Source: a bacterium (GTDB taxonomy: Bacteria > UBA8248). From it: 64,000 nucleotides of DNA. The stretch covers positions 576,001-640,000 of the forward strand of contig OZ241996.1 in the NCBI GenBank assembly GCA_965204535.1. The letters are read 5' to 3'. This document shows, piece by piece, positions 9,485 through 16,964 of this stretch (the stretch's first letter is position 1; the number at the start of each line of letters is the position of its first letter). The translations under genes were made by a program, and so were the position numbers. A model generated the notes under the pieces. That model saw only the letters and a program-made list of their open reading frames with translations, was not told the origin of the DNA and made no database searches.

Positions 9485-10765
9485 TTACGCCTTCACCTTC
9501 TCGTTGGACAGATGCGCGATGGCGGAGGCGAGGATTTCCGCACCCTTCACCATGTCGTCAAAGTGCGTGAACTCCTCGGGCGTGTGCGAGAGACCTCCCA
9601 CCGAGGGGATGAACACCATGCCCATCGGGCAAATCTCCGCCATGCGGCAGGCGTCGTGCACCCCGCCGCTCGACAGCGTGAGCGCGGCGTGGCCGGTTTC
9701 TTGAGAAGCGCGCCGGAGCGCCTTTTGGATGTTGCCCGACGCGGGGCAGACGGCCAGCTTCCTCACGTCGTCCAGACGGCCCTTTACGCCGCGTTCCTTC
9801 TCGATGGCGGAGAGGGTCTTTTCCATTCGCCCGAGGATGCGCTCCATCACCGCCTGGCTTCTGCTTCTGAGATCAAAGGAGAGTCTCGCGCCTCCGGGTA
9901 CGATGGACACCCATCCCGGGAGCGCCTCCATCTCCCCAAAAGTGATCGTGACGCGCTGGGAGTCGGGCGCGCGGTTCACGAGGTTTTCCATGCGCACCAT
10001 GAAGTCCGCCGCCGCGATGCCGGCGTCCTTGCGGTAGGGCATGGGCTGTCCGCCCGAGTGCGCCGTGACGCCCGTGAAATGAACCTCGCCTCTTGTGTAT
10101 CCTACCACCCTGTCCACGATGCCGATGGGGACTTCGGCCGATTCGAGCACGGGGCCCTGTTCGATGTGAAGCTCGAGAAATGCCTTGAGCGAGTCCTCCT
10201 TGATACGGCACGAGCGGACGCGCGCAGGACTCCCGTCCACCGCCTCGATGGCCTGATAGAGCGATTTTCCGCTGGGCGGATGCACCGTGTTCTTCAAGTC
10301 CTTCACGCCCACGACGCCCGTGGCGACGCTGCTGCCGAACACCGTCATCCCGCATGCGGATTCCTCCCCCACGAAGGCCACTATCTCGATGGGGTGATCG
10401 TGGGCGAGCCCCGTCTCCTCGATGCGGCGGAACGCTTCCAAAGCGGTGAGAACGCCCGCGGGCCCGTCGAACCGTCCGCCCGGGCTTTGGGAATCGAGGT
10501 GGGAGCCCGCCATCACGGCGGGAAGCCCGCGCACGCGGCCCTCTTTTCTTCCGTAGAGGTTGCCCACGGCGTCGACGCGCGTCTTGAGGCCCGCCGCCTT
10601 CATCCAGCCCTCGGCGAGGTCGCGCACCTCATTGTAGACCGGTGTGAAGGCCACGCGGTCGAGGCCCGTTTTTCCGTATTTGCCGATCTTCGCCTGGGCG
10701 TTGAACTCACGCCTCATGCGGGCGCGGTTCGCGCGAAGAGGGAACGTGTCTTTCGAGGGCATCAA
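9485..10765 (-). CDS. M20 family Zn-dependent amidohydrolase (allantoate amidohydrolase / N-carbamoylase-like)
   Basis: GSHLDS, GRFDGPAG, GEES, ELHIEQGP, GGVHDA and SHTPEE motifs. Confidence 0.9.
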   Translation of the reverse strand: MMPSKDTFPLRANRARMRREFNAQAKIGKYGKTGLDRVAFTPVYNEVRDLAEGWMKAAGLKTRVDAVGNLYGRKEGRVRGLPAVMAGSHLDSQSPGGRFDGPAGVLTALEAFRRIEETGLAHDHPIEIVAFVGEESACGMTVFGSSVATGVVGVKDLKNTVHPPSGKSLYQAIEAVDGSPARVRSCRIKEDSLKAFLELHIEQGPVLESAEVPIGIVDRVVGYTRGEVHFTGVTAHSGGQPMPYRKDAGIAAADFMVRMENLVNRAPDSQRVTITFGEMEALPGWVSIVPGGARLSFDLRSRSQAVMERILGRMEKTLSAIEKERGVKGRLDDVRKLAVCPASGNIQKALRRASQETGHAALTLSSGGVHDACRMAEICPMGMVFIPSVGGLSHTPEEFTHFDDMVKGAEILASAIAHLSNEKVKA

Positions 10766-10792
10766 ACGGCCTCCTTATGGTTCAGGTATGGT

Positions 10793-11545
10793 CTAGAACA
10801 GATCCTTGGGCACGGGCACTTCCTCGTAGTCCTCGGGCCTGAGAGGGTTTTCCGACACAATCTCCAGCATCCCGAAATAGTGATAGGTTTGCCGCAGATG
10901 CTGAAAGGCGTGCCCCAGGGAGAGGATCATCAGTTCATGTACGGTGATGGGCCCCATATAGCTCGACACTTTCTTGGCGAGCGCCTCGCCGCCGTCTGTG
11001 AGGAATTCGGTGAGCCTGGCCTGGATTTCATCCCCATAGGCGCAAATGTCTTCGGTGGTATCGTAATCGTCCGCCATGGTTTCATACCGGCGCACCATCT
11101 CCTCGGTGTATTCGCCCGATGCGTGGGCCTGCATCACCAGGTCCGGACGCTCGAAGCTGTGCCAGGTGAGCTGGCGAAGCGAGCGGGGCCTGCCGGGGGA
11201 TATCCAGTCGAGGGTTTCGTGCGGAATCTGGCGGACCACGCGGCGCAGGGCGTCGAATACCATCTCGAAGTAGTGGAGCATCTTTTCGGACGAGAGGGGG
11301 CCTGCGCCTTCCCCTTCGATGCCGAAGGCCTGGCGAAGCGCATCCACGTCATAGCCCACCACCACGTTCTCTCCGCGTACGGCGACGGGCAGGGACTTGA
11401 TGCCGAGTGCTTTCAATTCCGCCTGCGCCTCGGCGTCGTTCGTACAGTCCCGGTTGACGACTTCCAGACCACTGGACGAGAGAAACTCTCTCGTAAGGGC
11501 GCAGGTGTATCACCCGTGCCGCGTGTAGACCTTGACAGCTTCCAT
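10793..11545 (-). CDS. Probable selenoprotein: glutaredoxin/NrdH-like domain (UxxC) fused to a DinB-like domain, 250 aa
   Basis: GGGAG RBS, then ATG 11545: MEAVKVYTRHG-TGA-YTCALTREFLSSSGLEVVNRD..., in frame with ORF 10793..11416 (GIKSLPVAVRGENVVVGYD; DinB-type His residues in LTWHSFE and GHAFQHLRQ). TGA at 11510-11512 occupies the first Cys position of the Grx CxxC motif. Confidence 0.85.
11476..11512 (-). promoter_or_regulatory. Candidate bacterial SECIS element
   Basis: A perfect hairpin ACGAGAGA-GUU-UCUCUCGU with G in the apical loop starts 15 nt after the UGA. Confidence 0.65.
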
Positions 11546-11722
11546 CGCTTTTCTCCCGAGTGAACGCGAAAGTGATTTTTGTATATTGGATGGAGCATAT
11601 CAAAACGATCTCGATGAGAAAAACTGCCCCGCGCGCTTTGGCGAAAAAGCCCGCGTGTTTTACTATCCCGAGGGCGCGACGCGCCTGGATTGACGTTTTT
11701 GACCCTGAACGGGGAGACCCCG

Positions 11723-13249
11723 ATGTCCAAATGGTTCGTGAAGGGCGATGTGGACGGCTTCTTCGGCCTGTGGATGGACAACCTCATCAACCTTCTTCTC
11801 ATCGTGAGTTTCTTGAAAGGGCTGCTGGGTTTTCCCGATTCGCTCATCTTCGGGCGCGTGTTGCCCGCCGCGGCGCTGAGCCTTCTGGGCGGAAATCTTT
11901 TCTACACCTGGCAGGCGCGGCGGCTGGCCGCGCGCGAGGGCCGCGACGACGTGACCGCCATGCCTTACGGCCTGAACACGGTGACGCTTTTCGCATTTAT
12001 CTTCTTCGTCATGCTGCCGGTGAAACTCAAGACCGGAAGCGCCGAGGCGGCCTGGAAGGCAGGTATGGCGGCCTGTTTCGTGAGCGGGGTGATCGAGACC
12101 GTCGGTGCGCTGGCGGGCGGGTGGATCAGGCGGGTCGCGCCGAGGGCCGCCCTGCTCTCCGCACTGGGAGGCATCGCGCTCACGTTCATCGCCATGGATT
12201 TCGCGTTCAGAATCTGGGAGAATCCGCTCCTCTCCATGATCCCGCTGGGAATCATCCTGATCCATTATTTCGGCGGATTCCGGTTCCCCTTCGGTGTGCC
12301 CGGCGGCCTCGTGGCGGTGGCTGTGGGAGTGGTGCTCTCCGCCGTCATCAGAGGATTTCCGGGCGGTATCCCCGCGCCTGTGGGCCTTGCGCTCCCATCC
12401 TTCGCCTTCGGTCCTTTGTCAGACGCTCTCTTCGGCCCGCTGGCCTGGGATTACCTCGCGGTTTCCATCCCCATGGGCCTGATGACGCTTGTCGGCAGCC
12501 TGATGTGCCTCGAAAGCGCGGCTGCGGGCGGAGACAGTTTCGATACGGGCAGTTCCCTGGCGGTGAACGGCGCGGGATCGCTTCTCGCGGCGTGTCTGGG
12601 CAGTTGTTTTCCCACGACCATATATATCGGACACCCTGCCTGGAAGGCAGTCGGGGCGCGCTCCGGCTATAGCGCCATGAACGGGGTCGTGATGACGATC
12701 CTTTGCCTCACCGGATCGATAGCGGCGCTCTCGAAGATCATTCCGGGCGAAGCGCTCTTCGCCCTCATGCTCTGGATCGGGGTGATGATGCTCACCCAGG
12801 CCTTCCAGGCCGTACCGAAGAACCACGGGCCGGCCGTGGCCATCGGGTTGATACCCGCCATCGCCGCGTGGGGTCTGCTGATGGTGGAATCCTCCTTAAG
12901 GGGAGCGGGAACGAACTTGTGGAAAGTAGGGCAGGATGCGTTCGCCAAGGCGGGATTCCACCTCGTCGGGATGGTCACCCTGGAGCGCGGTTTTCTTTTC
13001 ACGTCCATCATCATGACTGCCATCGTGGCCAAGCTTGTGGACAAGGAGCCGAAACAGGCGGGAGGATGGGCGCTGACCGGCGCGGTATTGAGCTGGTTCG
13101 GGGTCATCCACGCCTGGCGAATCACGCCCGGCGGCGTCGTCAGCTTCTTCGGCTGGGGGGCGGCGCCCGGCATAGCTGCCGGCTATTTGCTCATGGCGCT
13201 CCTGTTCTTCTCGTTCGGGCTGAAACCCCTGGAAAAGGAAACATCTTGA
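11723..13249 (+). CDS. NCS2/xanthine-uracil-like permease
   Basis: WFVKGDVDGFFGL..DNL, DVTAMPYG, CLESAAAGGD and TIYIGHPAWK motifs; many transmembrane segments; GGGGAG RBS. Confidence 0.75.
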   Translation: MSKWFVKGDVDGFFGLWMDNLINLLLIVSFLKGLLGFPDSLIFGRVLPAAALSLLGGNLFYTWQARRLAAREGRDDVTAMPYGLNTVTLFAFIFFVMLPVKLKTGSAEAAWKAGMAACFVSGVIETVGALAGGWIRRVAPRAALLSALGGIALTFIAMDFAFRIWENPLLSMIPLGIILIHYFGGFRFPFGVPGGLVAVAVGVVLSAVIRGFPGGIPAPVGLALPSFAFGPLSDALFGPLAWDYLAVSIPMGLMTLVGSLMCLESAAAGGDSFDTGSSLAVNGAGSLLAACLGSCFPTTIYIGHPAWKAVGARSGYSAMNGVVMTILCLTGSIAALSKIIPGEALFALMLWIGVMMLTQAFQAVPKNHGPAVAIGLIPAIAAWGLLMVESSLRGAGTNLWKVGQDAFAKAGFHLVGMVTLERGFLFTSIIMTAIVAKLVDKEPKQAGGWALTGAVLSWFGVIHAWRITPGGVVSFFGWGAAPGIAAGYLLMALLFFSFGLKPLEKETS

Positions 13250-13304
13250 GCGGACTGATCCGCGTTCGTTGCGGAAGAGACGCATTTCGCCGTCTGGAGA
13301 GGAT

Positions 13305-14825
13305 ATGAACATGCAAAAAGAATCGGTGTTTGATTTGGTATCCATCGGGGGAGGGGTCGGTGGCCTGGTGGCCTCAGTGGGCGCTGCGCAACTGGGCGCC
13401 AAGGCAGCACTCGTGGAGAAGGCGAAACTCGGCGGCGATTGCCTGAACTATGGATGCGTGCCGTCTAAGGGCCTGATCCGCTCGGCGAGGCTGGCCGCGC
13501 AGGCGCGCTCGATGCCCGAGTTCGGGATTGACGTAAGCGATGTGCGGGTCGATTTTCCCCGCGTTATGAAGCGGATGAAGGCGGCCCAGGCCCACATCGG
13601 CGAGCACGATGCGCCCGAGCGCTTCGAGGGCATGGGCATCGAAGTGATATTCGGCGATGGGGCCTTTACCGGCCCCGATACGTTTCAGGTAGGGGACAGG
13701 ACGCTGCGGGCCAAGCGGTTCTTGCTGTCCATGGGGAGTTCTCCCTTCGTGCCGCCCATCGCCGGTCTCGATAGCGTGCCCTATCTCACGAACGAAACAG
13801 TTTTCGATTTGGAGGAATTGCCGAGACGCCTAGTGGTGCTGGGAGCGGGACCCATCGGCCTGGAACTATCCCAGGCGTTTCAGCAACTCGGCGCCGAGGT
13901 GGAAGTGCTGCAAAGCGCGCCGAAGCTCCTGCCGAGACTCGATAAGGAGATGGCCGAGATTCTTGCCGATTCCCTGGCGAAATCCGGCCTCAAGCTACAC
14001 TTCAACGTGAACACGCAAAAGGTCGAGAAACGCGGCGAGGAGATTTTCCTGGAGGCCGATACGCCGTCGGGAAAACGAGAATGGGCTTGCGATCAGCTCC
14101 TCATCGCTACCGGCCGATCGCCCAACGTGGGCGGGATGGACCTCGAAAAGGCGGGCGTGAAGCACACGCCGCGCGGCGTGGAGACGGACGAGTATCTCCA
14201 GACTTCGAATCCGCGCATCTTCGCCGCCGGCGACATCCGGGGTCAATATCTCTTCACCCATATGGCGGAATATGAGGCGGGCGTTGCGCTCAGGAACATG
14301 CTCTTCAGCGCGCCTTTCGGGATTCCGCTCCCGTTTCTCAAGAAGAAAACGAACTATGACGCCGTGCCGTGGACGATCTACACCACGCCCGAGGCGGCGC
14401 ACGTCGGCTTGAGCGAAGCTGACGCCGAAGCGGCTTTGGGGGCGAATCGCATCCAGGTGCTCCGCTTCCCGATGAGCCGCGTGGACCGCGCCGTTTTGGA
14501 TGGAGAGACGGAGGGTATTTGCAAGGTGGTGTGCGACGAGAAGGGCAGGCTCGTGGGGGCTGATTTGGTCGGGCCTGCGGCGGGAGAGATATTGCACGAG
14601 TTCGTGTTGGCCGTCCGCAAAAAGATGCACGTCAAAGAGGTGGTGGATACGGTTCACGTCTACCCCACCCTGGCGCAGGTGAACAAAAGGGTGGCGGGCC
14701 GGTTTTATGCCAAAAAACTCTTCACGCCGGCCTTCAGGAAGAAGATGCAGCGCCTTTTCGGGCTCACGGGGAGCATCGAGGTGACCGACCCCGCCGACCT
14801 GAACGGTCACGGCGCGGAGGAATAG
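13305..14825 (+). CDS. FAD-dependent pyridine nucleotide-disulfide oxidoreductase (class I, MerA/LpdA-like)
   Basis: GGGVGG FAD motif, redox-active GGDCLNYGCVPSK, GAGPIGLE, ATGRSPN; C-terminal HVYPTLAQ. Confidence 0.85.
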   Translation: MNMQKESVFDLVSIGGGVGGLVASVGAAQLGAKAALVEKAKLGGDCLNYGCVPSKGLIRSARLAAQARSMPEFGIDVSDVRVDFPRVMKRMKAAQAHIGEHDAPERFEGMGIEVIFGDGAFTGPDTFQVGDRTLRAKRFLLSMGSSPFVPPIAGLDSVPYLTNETVFDLEELPRRLVVLGAGPIGLELSQAFQQLGAEVEVLQSAPKLLPRLDKEMAEILADSLAKSGLKLHFNVNTQKVEKRGEEIFLEADTPSGKREWACDQLLIATGRSPNVGGMDLEKAGVKHTPRGVETDEYLQTSNPRIFAAGDIRGQYLFTHMAEYEAGVALRNMLFSAPFGIPLPFLKKKTNYDAVPWTIYTTPEAAHVGLSEADAEAALGANRIQVLRFPMSRVDRAVLDGETEGICKVVCDEKGRLVGADLVGPAAGEILHEFVLAVRKKMHVKEVVDTVHVYPTLAQVNKRVAGRFYAKKLFTPAFRKKMQRLFGLTGSIEVTDPADLNGHGAEE

Positions 14826-14831
14826 GGCAAG

Positions 14832-15410
14832 CTATACGCCGAAATCCTTGATTTTTGGTTCATCCAGGCCCAGGGCGTGGCCGATTTCATGCAGCAGCAG
14901 ATCGCCTATCTTCGCTCTGTAACGCTTCGGGTCTCGCTTGCATTCGCTTTTGACGACCGATGCGTACAGTTCTATCGCGTTCAGACGGGGAATCCACACG
15001 GCCACGGGATAGCATCCTACGGCGCGTACGATTTCCGGCGGCGGGAGCGCCAGCAGCCGGACGGGTATGCCCCGGGCTTCGATTTCCCGCGCCATTTGCG
15101 GATGAATATCTTCCTTGATGACGTCGTCAAGGATATGTTCCATCAGAAGAACCTCTTCTTCCGATACTTCCGGAAAGAAAGACTCCATGAATTCGACGAG
15201 CGCCGCTTCATCCTCGGGGATATCGGGTTCTTTGGGAGGGAAGAGAGCGTTTCTGTATTCAGAGAGTTTGGCGCTTCCCGTGACGGCGAAGAAGATGATC
15301 GCTCCCAGCGCGATGACGCCCGCAAACCAGGCCAAACCGATGAGGGGTTTGATGTAGGGTTTCCACCACCAGTATTGCAGAAAATTCCAATCACCCAGGA
15401 GATTCGCCAT
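14832..15410 (-). CDS. Membrane-anchored zincin-like metallopeptidase domain protein
   Basis: N-terminal transmembrane helix; C-terminal LLLHEIGHALGLDE (HExxH). Confidence 0.65.
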   Translation of the reverse strand: MANLLGDWNFLQYWWWKPYIKPLIGLAWFAGVIALGAIIFFAVTGSAKLSEYRNALFPPKEPDIPEDEAALVEFMESFFPEVSEEEVLLMEHILDDVIKEDIHPQMAREIEARGIPVRLLALPPPEIVRAVGCYPVAVWIPRLNAIELYASVVKSECKRDPKRYRAKIGDLLLHEIGHALGLDEPKIKDFGV

Positions 15411-15548
15411 TGAAAAGACATCCCAAAGATGAATCGGGGAGAACCGCGAGCCTCTCGTAATGACCCAGGAGGTTTCGCTGGATGATGGTGGGGCCGCTCA
15501 ACCCGGGAGGTTCATGGGGATGGATTTCCCCGTCTTCGAGAGAGTCGC

Positions 15549-16943
15549 TCAACCTTCGAGGCTCATGAGCATGGGTTCTTCCAGCGCGTCGGCCACCCAT
15601 CTCAGAAACTTGACGCCATCCGCCCCGTCGATGATGCGGTGGTCGTAGGAAACCATGAGCGGGAGCATCAGGCGCGGTTCGAATGCTTCTGCGTCTTTCG
15701 CCCAAACCGGCTCCATGCGCGCGCGGGAGACGCCGAGGATGGCGACTTCGGGCCAGTTCACTATCGGGGTGAAATACGTGCCGCCGAAGCCGCCGAGGTT
15801 GGTGATGGTCATGGAGCCGCCCTGCATGTCGTCGGGTGCGAGTCTTCGGGAGCGGGCGCGTTCTGCAACTTCGCCCAGTTCCACCGATAGTTCGATGATG
15901 TTTTTCTTGTCCGCATCGCGAATTACCGGTACGAGCAAACCGTTTTCGGTATCTACGGCAACACCTACATGTATGTAGTTTTTGTAGACGATCTCTTCGG
16001 CCGCCGTGTCTACGCTCGCGTTGAATTGCGGGAAGACTTTGAGAGCCGAAGCGATGACTTTAATGAGGATGGCGGTGATGGTGAGTTTGCCGCCGGCGGT
16101 CTCCGCTTTTGGAGTGAATTTTCTTCTCAAGTCATCGAGTTCGGAAATATCGGCTTTTTCGCACTGCGTCACATGGGGGACGCTCGTCCATGCGCGCGTG
16201 AGATTCACGGACGTCGCGCGCCGGATTCCCGTCATCGGTTCGCGCTTGATCTTCCCCCAGCGGGCGAGGTCCGGCAGTTGAACGGGGGCGCTCATCTGCG
16301 CCGGGGCAGGCGCATCCGGCAAGGCGGCGCCCCCTTGCGCCGCCACGAATTGCCTGACGTCTTGCGCGGATATTCTGCCTCCAATCCCGCTGCCCGGCAC
16401 ATCGCTTATGTCGATGCCCGCCTCACGGGCGATTCTGCGTACCGAGGGCGCCGCGGGCGCGGGCGCTTTTTTGCTCTTTGGCGCAGGCGTTTCAGAAGTC
16501 TCCGGTGCAGGGGTCCCGGTGGGTTCCAGAGAAAGTCCGGCAGGCACGGATTCCGTCGCGGCGGCATCTTCACCCGTCGTCTCGAAAAGCGACGCGGGTT
16601 CGTCCGCCGGTATGGGCCGGGTTTCTTCCGGGTCCACCCGTTCTTTGGCGCCTGAGGTAATTTCCTCAAAATTCTCTTCGTCCAGAGTGGGCGCCGCAAT
16701 CTCGCTGCTCTCTTCGATGACGAGAATCGTTCCCCCGACTTCGGCGTCGTCGCCGGGTTTGAGATGGATTTCCGTTATCTTGCCCTCGACCGATGAGGGG
16801 ACTTCGATGAGCGCCTTGTCGGTCTCGACTTCGATGACCGACTGATCCACTGCCACGGTGTCTCCCACGTTGACTAAAACGGCAACTACTTTTCCGGATG
16901 TGATGTTCTCCCCGAGTTCGGGGAGTCTGAGTTCGATGGTCAT
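15549..16943 (-). CDS. aceF: Pyruvate dehydrogenase E2, dihydrolipoamide acetyltransferase (single lipoyl domain)
   Basis: Lipoyl motif ETDKA, E3-binding APSVRRIARE, catalytic DHRIIDGA; downstream of aceE. Confidence 0.9.
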   Translation of the reverse strand: MTIELRLPELGENITSGKVVAVLVNVGDTVAVDQSVIEVETDKALIEVPSSVEGKITEIHLKPGDDAEVGGTILVIEESSEIAAPTLDEENFEEITSGAKERVDPEETRPIPADEPASLFETTGEDAAATESVPAGLSLEPTGTPAPETSETPAPKSKKAPAPAAPSVRRIAREAGIDISDVPGSGIGGRISAQDVRQFVAAQGGAALPDAPAPAQMSAPVQLPDLARWGKIKREPMTGIRRATSVNLTRAWTSVPHVTQCEKADISELDDLRRKFTPKAETAGGKLTITAILIKVIASALKVFPQFNASVDTAAEEIVYKNYIHVGVAVDTENGLLVPVIRDADKKNIIELSVELGEVAERARSRRLAPDDMQGGSMTITNLGGFGGTYFTPIVNWPEVAILGVSRARMEPVWAKDAEAFEPRLMLPLMVSYDHRIIDGADGVKFLRWVADALEEPMLMSLEG

Positions 16944-16964
16944 GGAACTCCCTCGGGATTTGTA

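Noticed and set aside
7685-11563. Long antisense ORFs (e.g. 7685..9292, 9512..11563; likewise 30289..32412, 50185..52269, 55689..57731)
   Set aside because: They mirror well-supported genes on the opposite strand, a common artefact of high-GC codon usage.
13305-14825. Calling this gene merA or lpdA
   Set aside because: It has no C-terminal Cys-Cys or mer operon context, and lacks the LpdA His-Glu dyad.
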